This document shows, in pieces, positions 35,681 to 48,420 of a stretch of DNA of 64,000 nucleotides. The number at the start of each line of letters is the position of its first letter. Position 1 is the stretch's first letter. The DNA comes from Vicugna vicugna (taxonomy: Eukaryota). Under the pieces are notes generated by a model. That model made no database searches and was not told the DNA's origin. It saw only the letters and a list, made by a program, of their open reading frames with translations. The DNA lies in NCBI GenBank assembly GCA_013265495.1, contig MU057711.1:2554844-2618843 (forward strand). The letters are read 5' to 3'. Made by a program: the position numbers and the translations under genes.

Positions 35681-38600
35681 TGCTTTTGTGTGCTTTGGAC
35701 AAGTTGCTTCCCTTCTCTGGGCCTCAAATATCCTGTCTATAAATCGGGGTGGAGTAGTTGGACTGAGTCACTTCTAAGTTGCTTCTATCTTGGATTTTTT
35801 TTTCTTCTAATTAACCAGTGATTTTTCTTCCCCCCTACATGTTACTTGGGGCAGGCTGGAAGGTTGGATGCTGCAAGGTTATGTACCCCACCCCCTTCCT
35901 TTGTGCTCTAGCTGGGCAGGGGTTCAGGGCGTCTGCTGTGGGACCCTGGGAAACAAATAAATGCTCTGTACACAACTAGCCCACCCTTAAAAATGGGTTT
36001 TCCCCCACCCCCACAGTTCCTCTTCACCGGCTTAGAGGCAGCTTGGCATTGGGGCTTGAGTGTGCTGCTGAGTCGGGCAGAGCTGGATCCAAAGCCAGTC
36101 TCTGTTAAGCCCAGAGAAGGGGGCAGTGAGAAGGGGTGTTGATGTGCCTTTGCAGAAGAGGGTAGAAGAGTGGGCTCTGGAATTGGATGAGTTTGAATCT
36201 GGGGCCTGTTACCTCTCAGTTGTGTGACCTTAGACAACTTTTCTCATCTTTCTGAGGCCTCAGTCTCCCTACCTGTAAAATGGGACTACCAGCTGAACCT
36301 CTCCCTTGAGGCTGGTGTATGCATTGCGTGAGGTCTTGCTTGTGAAGCCCTGTGGTATGGCATAGATGAGGTGCTCAGTAAAGCTGCTCTTATTATAACT
36401 AATAATTATTCCCTTCAAGATTTCGTCTTACAAGGGAGAAAGAGATAGAAGAGGGAAAAATCTTTCTGGAAATATTTTTGCTTCTGGACAGGTAGGTCTT
36501 TGTTGTTTCCTTACTTGCTGGAAAAGCCCCAGCCCTACCCTTCAGTACCATCCTGTCCCCCCCACCCACTGTCCCCCCTGCACCCTGTCTGGTCACCAGG
36601 TAACTCATCAGTTTCTCCATCTGGAGGGTTACTATGGAGACCTCCTTTTCTGGAAGTTGCCCCTTGGCAGGGTGGATGTCTCCGGTTTCCCCACTTAGGC
36701 TTAGGGGCTATGATCAGACATTAAAGGGACAAGTGGAAGCACAGTTTAGAGACTGGGCATCCATCCTCGCCTAGATCTGCCCCGTGGGTTGAAGGCAGAT
36801 GGTGGGGAGAAGGGCCAGTGAATGCTTTCTGGGGTCAGATCAGAGCTCTGCCTGGTCTCTGCCTCCCGGGAGCTCCCTTGGACACTCTCATCTTGGCTTG
36901 GGTCTGGGAGAGGGTCCCATCCTGACAGCCCTCCGGAATCCGAGACCCTTTACAGAGGTGCTGCTTCCTGGGGGGATTAACACCCTCTATGAGCACAGCC
37001 TCTGAGCCCTCTCGAGTTTTCTTGGCAGCTGTTCCTAAGAACGCCTCTTGTGCACCTGGGGAAATTAAACAAATAGGTAACTTCTGGGCTCGACCCCTGG
37101 TGATTCTGATTCTGGATGTGTCTGAGAACCCATATGGAAACAGGTCAGGCCCACAGCCAAAGGGACTGGGAGAGGGGAGGCGGCGACCCAAGGAGTGTCT
37201 TGGTGTTGGTACCGCAGGTGGCAAAAGGGTGACCAGCTGCAGGGACGACAGCTGTCAACCCTCTGCGTCTGGGGTGTGGCCCAGGAGCCACTTCTTCACA
37301 CACACGTACACACGTATGTGTATATATATGTCTATATACATTTCTAAATTTTATTTATGCCTCATCATGACTTTCTGAGGTATGCATTCTCACTTCCATT
37401 TTACAGATGGTAAAACTGAGGCTCTGAGTGACAAAGTGCCTTCTTCCTGGTCACACAGGTATTGTGTGACGGGACTCCATATTGGATCCAGGCTCAGGAC
37501 TGCCCGTGTTCATTCTGCCTCACCGCTGCCTCTCTGGGGACTCAGTGTTCCCGCCTGTCCAATGGGTATACTGCATTTGCCTTGACCACCTCCTGGGCGG
37601 ACAGCACTCAAGAGAGTGGGGCTGGGGATCAGGGATTGGTGTGTGTGAGTCAGCCCTACTGACTGAGGGTGAGCTCCTTGAAGTCAGGGCCTGGGGCTGA
37701 GGTAGCCTGGGAGGGCCTGTTTGGTTTGGTTGACATTTCTGAGGGATGCTGGGCCTCACTGGTGCTCTGGCTGAGCAGACACAGCCGTCTTCCCCCAGGG
37801 ACTAAAATTAGGATTCCTCGGCTCTTGGCGGGGCCTCATCTTGTTTTTGGAAAGGCTCCATTTTGTTCCTCCTGCTGCCATTGGCGGCCGAAGCCCAGCC
37901 CCAGCCAAATGACTATCCTGCCCGGTCTCCACTCACACGCTTTGGCCTGAATTGCTCTTGTCTGAGTTAATTAGCAGCTGGCCCTGTGGGCCTGGCCTCC
38001 AGCGGGCAGGAGGAGCCCTGCCTGGGGTGTGCCAGGGACCAGGGGGTCCCCTCCCCACCCCCCCAGCCTCGCGGCTGCCTCAGGCAGAGGCCCTTTGAGG
38101 GAAGCTCCGGGGTTTTCTTTGGCACTTGGGAAGCTAATGGCTTTCTCTCCCTTTTCTTTGGAGCCCTGTAAAAATAAAAAGTTAAAAGACCCTCAAGTTT
38201 GAACAGGAAAACCAAATACATGAAACCAAGCTGTTTCCATGTGGGGGCCACGGACTGTGAACACCCAAGTTTGAAACTTCCTCCCGTCGGAATTTATGGA
38301 AGCCTTGGAAACTTTTCCTTTTCCCTTTAAACATCAGAATTGGCTCAGGGCATTCTTTAAAAGCATAACCCCGGTGCTGCTCACAGCTTGATTTAATACA
38401 GCTTGAATACAATAGTAACTTCTGAACCCCGCTCTCTTCAGAGAGAGCTGGAAAGTTGTTTCATGACACCAGTAAGTAGGGTTTTTTTTTTTTCTTTTAG
38501 CCAAAAAGTATATTCTAAGATTTATTAGCTTCTCCACTGCCCTCCCCCTAGTAACCCAGATTTTCACTCAAAGTAAAGGAAACTTGCTTAGAACAATTCT

Positions 38601-39289
38601 TTAACTCAGGGCTAGGAGATTCAGAGCCCAGTCCTCTAGGGGAATGTTGGCCCTGAAAGGTTCACCAGAGTGTCCAGAGGCTGGCTGTTGTCAGAGGCGG
38701 GTGGTTCACAAGTACCTGCTTCATGGACCAGAACCACGCAGGGCCTGGGCTCTAGAAATGTTGGCAGGAGGGTAATTGTATTTAGGGGGAGAGAGCGGCT
38801 AAGTGGGGGCAGGGACACTGGTGAGGAAAATCTCTGTTTTCCTGCAAAGGGAATCTGTTCTCTGCTTCTGGGAGTTTGTCAGCCTGTGTTCCTGGAAAGG
38901 GAGTTTGCAAAGCGGGTGAGGTTGTGGCAGTATTTCTCCCAGAAGTAACTCAGATTCCTGGTCCGTCTCCACCTCTGTTGTGTGAGCCCCTCGGAGGCCT
39001 CTTCCGGGCTGTGGGTTCTGAGCTTGGCCTGTAGGGAGATCAGGGCCTCCAGCGTTGGGAAGGGGGTTATGTATTTTCTTATTTTCCTTCTGGACTTAGC
39101 AGAGGCCCAGCTGTTGACCCTCATACTTGCCTTTTGGCTCCACGGCATAGGCAGATAATTTTTTAATAAATTAGTTGCCAAAATTTAAAAATTGGGACAT
39201 TTCACATAGAAACCCAGCTTTGAGAAGATGGAAGATCTGAAAGCACCAGGAAATTTTGGCATGGCCACTATTGGCCACACCCTCATTTA

Positions 39290-39455
39290 GAGTGGGGTTT
39301 CTGAGTGGGGTCAGGGGACATTTGGCAACATCTGGAGACATTCTTGATTGTCACAAATTGGGTGGGTGTTGCAACTGGCACCTGGTGGATAGAGGCCAGG
39401 GGTGCTGCTAAACACTTTGCAGCGCACAGGACAGCCCCACAACAACAAAGATCTG
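39290..39455. mobile_element. MER20 DNA transposon
   Basis: caggggacatttggcaacatctggagacatt...gaggccaggggtgctgctaaaca...gcacaggacagcccc. Confidence 0.85.
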
Positions 39456-40554
39456 GCCTCAGTAGTGCCTTCCTGCTGTGGGGGGCTTGTGGGCTCCACT
39501 TGGCTGCAGAGCTCCCACCGAGCCCACCTCTGACTTCTAGATTCTGAGCTCCTGAGATGGGCTTCTCAGGTTATTCCTGCCTTTTGTTCAAAGTTGGAAC
39601 TATGTGATCATTTGCCCTCACTGCCCCCAAGGCCCTGTGCAGGCCCTGGATAAATGGATGCTCGGTGGCTGGCAGATGTGTGTACTACTGAGCAGGCCCC
39701 AGAACAGCTGGGAGGAGCAGTGTTCCCTACCCCCATGTCAGATCACATGAAGGCATCTGACCTCTCACCCTGCTCCCCTACCCCAGGCAGCAAAGAAGAC
39801 GCAGACCTCCAGGGATTGTAGTGCCTGGTTTAAATATCTGTAACCAGTGACTAATAAGATTGTCCAGAGAGCTGGGCCAGAGTGCTGGATTTGGATGCGA
39901 GACTCCCAGGTAAGCCCAGGAGACAGCAGAATGTGGCAGGAGAGCAGCTGTAGGTTGGCACATGACTCCCTGCAGTGAGTGTTGAGAGGTCCCCCCCAGG
40001 GCACCGTGAGACTGCATGAGGGACGACCTCAGCACCTCCTTTAGGAGGTACCCAGTGTAGTGGGAGGTGCAGGAAGTGATTTGTGGGAAAAGGTGTGAAA
40101 TATTCCAGAGCGGGAGGGGCTGATGGAAGGAACGCGGGCTTAGATCAAAACCCAGCTCTGCCTCTCCTGGCTGCTTGACCTTGGACCAGTCACTGAGTTT
40201 CCTGACCCAGTGGTCCTCACTTGTCTATGGGGATAGTAGAATACCTCCTCTTAGGGTAGTCGGGCAGGTCATTGGGTGGGTGGGCAGAATACACTCGGTA
40301 AGTAACTATTTTTTTTTCCAGAATAAGTTTTCATAAGGCATTCTTCAAGGTAGTAGGCATAATTAAGCACCTAGCGGTCTAAAGTTTGAGTTTTACTTGG
40401 GGGCTTTCAGGAAGGCTGCATGTAGGAAGTGATGGCAGATCTGACGTAGCAAGGGGTTTTTTCCTGTATTGCTTTTGCCTTGAGCCTTGGTCCTGGTGAG
40501 GATCTCTTTTCTCAGTCCATGGTATTTTTTTTTTCTTTCTTCTGCTGTTGTAAA

Positions 40555-40970
40555 TGGGATAACCCTAGTTGTTGTAGCAAAAATGTAAACCTTGATATTA
40601 CAGTGGCTTAACACATAAGAATTTTATTTATCACTCACGTACCAGTGAAAAACAGGTATCTGGGTTGGGAGGTGACTCTCACTCATTGGTGATTTAGTGG
40701 CCCAGGTTCCTTCCATCTTGTGGCTCATTCATCTGCTTCTCTGAGTCCTCTGCTTCCAGCTGGCAACAGGGAATGAGAGAGTGGAAAACTCTACCCACTG
40801 CTTAAGATCCCTGGCCGTGATATGGCACACAGTGTGTAATCATGAGGTCCTGTGGTACAAAGGATGCTGGAAAGTGTAGTCCCCTCTAGGCAGCCACCTC
40901 CCAGACAACCCCGCACTGTAGAAGGGGGAATATAAATCTTTGGGCACAAGTGTCTATCTCTGCCATTGCC
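40555..40970. mobile_element. MLT1-type LTR
   Basis: cagtggcttaacacataagaattttatt...ggcccaggttccttccatcttgtggctc...ctctgcca. Confidence 0.7.
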
Positions 40971-42501
40971 CCAGCTTGAGTCCTGTGCCCTTTGCAGGGG
41001 GCTCTGGGGGCCTGGGCCTCCTTTTCTGCTGACTTTCTCGTGTCTAGCTCTGTGCTCCAGAAGTTTCTGCCTCTTTTCTCATGTGGAGTGGTGTTGCCCC
41101 TGGGGGGCTGCTAGTGCTTGAGAGACTGACACTCATGCTCCAATTGGATGCCCACGATGTGTGCATTTCTTACAGTGCTGTGACTGTCCAATTCTGAGAA
41201 ATGTGTGAGGCCAATAGCCTTTCCTTCATGGTTCAGAAAATGCCTAGGAGGCGTCCTGCAGGCCTGGGTCCTCCTGGGCAGCTTGGGAGCTGATCTGGCT
41301 GCAGGATCGGTTGTATCTGGTTACTGCTGTCGTGATACCTCTTCCCTTCCTTTGTAAGTCTTTCCAGATGGGTTTTTTGTTTTTATTTTTGTCTTGAGAA
41401 CAGACCCCATTTCTAGAAGGGACCTTGGTGTTATGACTCCTTGATGGGTCCCTTGGGTGGCCTGTCCTGTCCACTCTGTGCTCCCACCGTGGGCTGGGCT
41501 CCTAGCTGACCCCTTTTCTGCATGTGCTAGGGTGAGCCCAAGCAGAGGGGAGGGCCCAGGGTTCTGAGTGGAGCCTTTGCAAAGGCAAAGCCTGCATCCT
41601 TGTGAGGCCTTCACTGCAGGTACATGCAGGAAATGTACACATGCCAGGTGAATGCAAGAGCCAGCACCCAAGATGGCGAGGACACACTGACCCTACAGCT
41701 CTGCTTCCCAAGGAGAGGCTGGCCAGGAGGCTTCGGAAACAGGGGATAGCACCAAGTTAATGAGTGTTTTCCTCTCTTCCTTTTGGCAGAGATTGCAAAT
41801 TGGTGGCCTAAATCTAGATCCCAGGAATGTTGTATTTGACCCACTCAACAACCACACGAAAAATAGAACCAACATTTAAAAACAGGGGATTTCCCTTAGA
41901 AGTCCAGATTTCTGACTTCTTTTTAAGTTTTTCATTTTTCAAAAATGCAGGTATACTTGTATGTAAGTTACAGGTGCACAAAACAGTGATGTGGTGATGT
42001 TGGTGTCAACTTCTTGGCTTGGCGACGTTCAGCTGTTGCTGTGTATGGAAACCCCCGCAGTGCCCACAAATCCCATTTCTCTCTCTGTTACCCTTGATCG
42101 CTGCTCTTGCTTATGTTTTCCTATAGAGATGTGTTTCTTTTCAATAAATATTTCTATTTCTCTCATAGGAAACAAATTTCTATCAAAGATCAGGTGGAAA
42201 GATGAACCAAGATGGTTCTTTGTTTTAAGAAAAAAAGAGAGAGAGTGTATTTCTTCATGGAGATGAGAGTTTCTATGTGTTTCCTATGGAAATACTAAGC
42301 CTGGACCACTTCACTTATTTGAATAACTGAGTTCTTGTAGGATTGTGGCTGTGACATCTGTCCTATGCTCATGTCCTGCTTTCTCTAGGACAGTATTTCC
42401 CAAATACAGTATCCCATTAGGGATTCTGGGAGAGTAAAGATCCAGTGCTAAAATAAGTTTGGGAAACAATAGATACAGCAACCAATTAAACAAGTTTCTT
42501 T

Positions 42502-43012
42502 TTTAAAAAATTTTTTGAAGTGTATTTGATTTATAATGGTGTATAATGTGTTAGTTTTTGGTGTACAGCATAGTGATTCAGTTATATATATATAATATTA
42601 ATATATATAATATATATAAATTCATATTATATATATAATATATATATATATAAATTCATTCTTTTTCATTATAGGTTATTACAAGACGTTGAATATAGTT
42701 CCTGTGCTATACTGTAGGACCTTGTTTATTTTATATATAGTAGTTTGTATCTGCTATTCCCAAACTCCTGATTTATCCCTCTCTCCCTTTCCCCTTTGGT
42801 GACCATAAGTTTGTTTTGGATGTCTGCGGGTCTGTTTCTGTTTTGTAGATAGGTTCATTTGTCTCATTTTTCTAGATTCCACATCTAAGTGATATCATGT
42901 GATACTTGTCTTTCTCTGTCTGACTTACTTCACTTAGCATGATAATCTCTGGGTCCATCCACGTTGCTGCAAATGGCATTATCTCATTCTTTTTTGTGGC
43001 TGAGTCGTATTC
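42502..43012 (-). mobile_element. 5'-truncated cetartiodactyl-type L1 3' end with perfect 15-bp TSD and internal (AT)n
   Basis: TAAACAAGTTTCTTT at 42487-42501 and 43013-43027; tagattccacatctaagtgatatcatgtgatacttgtctttctctgtctgacttacttcacttag. Confidence 0.9.
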
Positions 43013-44109
43013 TAAACAAGTTTCTTTACTGCAGGACTTCTCGGAGCTTTTGTTGTGCTAAGGTGTGTCGTGAATCTTGAACATGGGGTTTTAGTATAAC
43101 TTGGTGTTCCTTCAATTTGGGGACCAGTTTCCCAAGCTCTCTATCGAGATTTCGAGTCCTCTTTGCTGTATGGGGCCCCTGCCACTTCCTCAGAGGCAAC
43201 TTGGATTGAGCGAGCTGGCTGAATAGCCGGTGCCTGCTCTTGGTGTTGCGTCTGTGGTGGGTCTGTGGCTCTGGGTATTTTGTTGGCCTCCACAGAGCTG
43301 GTGACTTGTTTTCCTGATCCAGGATGATGCTGGGCAGTTTTGCAACAGCTCTCAGTCTCTATGAATCTGCAAGGCTGGAGGAGTGGGACCTGGGGAGGGT
43401 GGAATCGTGGGTGTGGGGAGACGGCCCAGCTGACTGCCCTGAGCTGTGTGTGCTCTACGGTGCATTTCTCGCCCAGTCATGCACTTGCCTCTGCCCAGCC
43501 AGAGTAAGTCAGCTCGGGGACCAGATGCCAGCCTTGATCTGCTGAGTTCCCTGGGATATTTCTGAGAAGGCCAGAGTGCGTTGCCTGCCCAAGGATGTCT
43601 CAACTAATTAGTCCATTCGAGCTGATGGGCCTCAGATCATGAATTTGGAGCTGTCTGCTAATTACGCCTCGAATGTGATTTTAGTTAAACGATTAAGGGC
43701 TCTCCCTGGGCCGCTCTCCCCACCACAGTCCCTCAGGCCTCTGCCTGGAGCTCTCACCAAGATGAGATTCTTCTCTGTTCTCAGGCCCAAGGGAGGCTAA
43801 GTGTTGCAGATGCCTATTTCTTGACTGAGGTCTTTGCAAAGAACATGGTGGCCTCACACCTTCCAGGCGTCGCTGTGTGTGTGTGCAGCCATGGGAACGA
43901 CGCCATTCCAGGGTCATCTCACAATTCCTTGGTTGGGGCCTTGGGGGTCTCCAGTGACCCAGCAAGGACTCTGGGGTCCAGAGCCCGCTGCCTTCGCCTT
44001 GGTGTTCATCCCAGACCTGGCTGTGGTTCTGGTGGGGGCGCACGTTTGCGTGGCCACTTCACTGCAGGGTGTGTGCTGCTGCCGACCTGGGTGTGGGGCC
44101 GAGGGGGCG

Positions 44110-44710
44110 TGTCTAGGAGGCAGGAGATTGTGGTGGGCTACAGTGACTGCAACTTCTCTGCCACTCCAGCCCCCACACACCCCACTGAGAGGCAGAGTTT
44201 ATTCCCCGACCTTGAATCTGGGCAGGCCCTGTAAGTGCTTTACTCAGTAGAAGTCACTGGAAGGAACACCCAGGAAGGCCTGGCGGCTTCCACTCTTGTG
44301 CTTTTGAGAGCCCCGAGCTGCCCGATGAGAAGTCCAGCGGCCCGGCTGTAGAAACCACATGGAGAGGTCAAGTGGAGAGAGTGAGGCTTGGAGACAGAAT
44401 GGAGCAAAAGAGGGAAGCCTGGCTATCCCAGTGCCTCAGCTGATCCTGGCCCTCCAGGCATGCCTGCCAAGGGACCAGGTATGGAGTGAACCATTTTTCC
44501 TGCTCCATCCAGCCCAAGTGAGCTGCTGATGAGATGGCAGCCCCAGCTTCCATCTGCTGGCAACCACACGAGAGACTCAGGAGCGACCAGCAGAGCTGCC
44601 TGGCTGAGCCCAGTCAACCCACAGCATCGTGAGAGATAAAGAAGTGGCAATTTTAAGCCACTAAGTTTGGGGTGGTTTGTTATACAACAGATAGCCAACC
44701 CAGAGGTGTA
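44110..44710. mobile_element. MLT1F-like solo LTR
   Basis: ttattccccgaccttgaatctgggcaggccctg...gctgagcccagtcaacccacag...ttttaagccactaagtttggggtggtttgttataca. Confidence 0.8.
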
Positions 44711-45069
44711 TTTTGATGTCTGCTTGCATGGGAGAATGCATCCCTTGGCACGTTGTCTCTGAAGTATGGGAGAACATGGGCGGGGCAGTAAGTGGTTCCA
44801 CTTAGGGGACACAGTGCACAGGTGTGATGGAGAAACGAGGGTCATGGATGCAGATGTGGCCTGATCCCTTCAGGGGTGTTGTCAAAAGTTCTCGGATTCA
44901 AAGACTCATTTAAATACAGAAACTCATTGACAATCTCTCATCCAGCATCAACCCCTTGATTTAAATGGGTTTCTCGTTCAAAATAGTCTCACTGCTACTT
45001 TGTTCATCTCAGGAGGTTTTTTCCTATGTCAAAAAAGAATAGGCAGTGACAGAATATATATGTGTGTGT

Positions 45070-45540
45070 GTGTATATGGTGAGCTATGGCTGCGTAACAA
45101 ACCACCCTGAGACTTAGTGACTTAAAACAACCATTAGGTATTCCTCTCACATCAGTAGATTGGTTGGAGCAGCTTTATTGATCTGAGTAGGGCTGGGCTG
45201 ATCCAGGTTGGGCTTACTCAGAGGACAGTTGGCCGGTCGACTGGACTGGCAGCTGCCTGGTCTAGAAAAGAATTGGCTGGGACCAGTTGACTCTCCTTCA
45301 GGTGCATGTCACATTCCTCCAGCACTCCAGCCCAGACATTTCTTATTATGGTGACCAGCATCTAAGAGAGGAAGTGGAAACTCCAAGTGCCTTATCAAGG
45401 CTCTGCTTGTATCACATTTGCTACAGTCCCATTGGCCAGAGCAAGTCACACGGCTAAGCTCCAAGTCAGGACACCACCAGAGGCAGGGGTGCAGGGGGAT
45501 GTGAACAGATCAGGGTTGTTAATGCAGTCAGCCTGCCACA
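45070..45540. mobile_element. MLT1-type solo LTR
   Basis: gctgcgtaacaaaccaccctgagacttagtgacttaaaacaac...cccattggccagagcaagtcacacggc...ctgccaca. Confidence 0.8.
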
Positions 45541-48257
45541 GCTGGGCTGAGGGGTCTTTTTCCTGCCCACAGGCTCTGGAGTGGCCACTCTCCGAATGTG
45601 TAACTTCTGTCATTATTCAGCCTGTCTCAGTTTTCTCATCTATAAAATGGGCATAATAGAGGGGATGTTTCAAGGGTTTAAAAAGAAGATAAATAGAAAG
45701 CATGTGGCACAATGCCTGGCACAGAGTAAGCACCTGGTGAATGTCTGCACTGATTATAATTATCAGCCAGTTTAGAAATGACCCTAGGTCACAGGCACAT
45801 GGGAATTGGTAGCTACTGGGGCTGGTTGGTTTCTCATCTTTGGCCTCCATGGATGAATGAGTGACCACCTAGGATGGCCCCCGCTGAACCCATCTCTCCC
45901 TGCCTGTGGATGGCAGGGGCCTCATGACACACCAGCCCCCTTGTGCAGCACCTGTGCCCCAAGAGCTCTGGGCTCTCATCTGTAGATGGTGACCAGTCCC
46001 AGACACCCAGACTGAGGTCCCAGATGTGGGCCTGGGTGCACAGAGCCTCCTGATAAAGGCACCTACTGAGGGGCATGGCGGTGGCAGTTTCCCTGGCTCC
46101 CTTGAAGAATCAAGGACGATGCTAGATTCAGGATGTGCTGCTTTGGAGAACAGAGGGGGTTCCTCTTTGTTTCTTTTTCCTTTTAACTTGACCTTTCATG
46201 GGATTTTGTTCCAGGGTGGGGAAACCTGTCTTTAGATTCTGACTTTGACCATGGGGGGCCTGCCACTGTAGAGGCACTGAGGGGCCAAGAGAGGTGGCCA
46301 AAGTCCATCACTGGTGTTTGTGTCAAGCATGTAGTTGAGGCAGGGCACTGGAAATTCCAGGCTCATCCACGCAGGAGCTGGCGGGACCTTAATGGGGGTG
46401 CGGGAGCAGGCGCCCCAGCAGCTGGGCCGTGTCAGCCTCGTGGAAATGAGGTCCCCGCTGGCCAAGGAATTCTGGGCCTAAGTCTGAGATGAGGCTGTTT
46501 TGGAAGCACATCCCAGGCCCTGGAAGAATCTGAGCGCCCTGGGCAGCTGGCCCAACGGGGGACTTGGGGCCGGAATGCCGGGAACTGAAAGCTGGCCCGA
46601 CTTCTAAGGCCCGAGGAGCTGGCTCTGCAGAGGACTTGCTGCCTCCAGGATCCCGCCGGCCAGCTTTTACCCAGGCTGGGCCTTCCTTCCTCCTGCGCTG
46701 CCCTCTTCAGCCGCCGGAGCCTCACATCCTTCCTCTCTGTACCTCAGCCCCCTGGGCTGCACAGGGTGGACCATGTCGATTTTTTTCTCTTCTCTCCTTA
46801 GAATCTGATAATAGTAGTAAAAATGATAGCAGCAGAATTCACAGTGAGAACAGCCACCATTTATCTGGAGCCTTGCGCGTGCCCAGACATGCAGAGTGCT
46901 TTCGTTCAGCATTTCATCGAGTATGCTACTTAGCCAGCGTACCCAGTAAAGCTCCCCTTCCTTTATATCGCGAGGATGTTCTGGTCCACGTTTTGTGTGT
47001 GTTTTTCAACGCAGTGTTGACCGTGTGCCCCGCACTGTTCTAAGCGTGTTTTGTGAGATCGGTACCGCTACTCTCTTCCTGTTCCGGAATGTGAGGCACA
47101 GAATGGGTCTGTTCACACGTGGAGATGCACCTTCAACTTCGGAGGTCAGGCTCTGAGCCTCGGCAGTGGTGCCTCCAGGCCAGGTCTGTGTCCCTTGGAA
47201 AGATTTCCATGGTCTGACATATTAGATGACAGGTTCCCATCCGGGTTTAACACGTTCACCGTGTTCTGCAGGCCGAGCACAAACTGCAGTTCCTTGAGGA
47301 TGCCAGAGAGTGGGGTCTGCCTAGCCAAAGCCCTGGCCCGGGGGTCAGTGAATGGGGGCTTCTTTCCCTGTGTGAAAGCTCAAATCACTGAGCCACAGAG
47401 GCATTCAGGGCCAGGGAGGGGCGTCTCCCCACCACCCGGCCCGTCCCCGGCCAGGGGTCAGTTGGGCCTACCTGCTCCCTGAGGACCACATGTCTGGGAG
47501 CCAGGAGGAGGAAGGTGCTTGGGCCAGAGGGTTAACAGTAGGCCCCGTCTACTCGGACTCATAAGGGCACAGAGACTTCCTGGGCTCCCATGGACAGTCG
47601 CCATCCACAGCCTGGGTGGGGAAGGAGAGCACACCCACCTTCTAGTCCCTCAGTGGATGTAGGAAACATCTCCCTGGCCTTGGGGTTAAAGAGGAAAGGC
47701 CAAGTTATCAAGCTTGTCGCCTTCATGGAGTAGGTATCCTCTCCAGTACATCCCATACAGAAGGCCACACAGCCTCTGCTTGAATTCCTCCCTGTGACAG
47801 GGAGCTCACCACCCTGAGTGGCCTCTTCCTTTGTGGGAGGGCTCCAGCTCCTAAAGGAATAGAGTATAAGGGCCCTTTCTGCCAAGTGTTCTGCTCTGCC
47901 CTCAAGAGGCACCCAGAATGGACCCTCTTCCTCTGCTGGAGGGAGGAAGCCAGCCTCTCCCTCTCCCACCATTTCCTGCAGGTCATCTGGGGTCCTCAGC
48001 TTGAGTTTCCACCTCTTCACCATTGTGCTATGTCACCTCTACCACCCTGAAGCTATGTGCTCTGGAGTAGGTTACTTAGCCTCTCTGAGCCTTAGTTTCT
48101 TTATCTATAAAATGGGGATTGTGATAGTCCCTGCCTCAGATTCTAGTGAGGATTACATGAGTTAACATACGTAAAGGACTTAAAACAGGGCTTGATACAT
48201 GCTAAGTAAGTAAATATCATATCTAATTATGTATTCATCTTTCTGGTTATCCTTAGA

Positions 48258-48420
48258 CTAAGGCTTCTTGAACTTGATCGTGCATACAAATTGAATGAGG
48301 ATCAGGTGAAAATGCAGATTCTGACCTAGTAGGTGGTGTAGGGCCTGAGACTCTGCGTGTCTTAACAACTTCCCAGCCTATGTGGAGGCTGCTGGCACTC
48401 AGGCCACTCTGCATTTCAAG
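48258..48420. mobile_element. MER5A
   Basis: gaaaatgcagattctgacctagtagg...gggcctgagactctgcgtgtcttaacaacttccca. Confidence 0.8.

Noticed and set aside
38670..38948. ORF ending FSQK followed by a donor-like gtaact
   Set aside because: No similarity to NKD1 or any protein I recognise, and no convincing acceptor.
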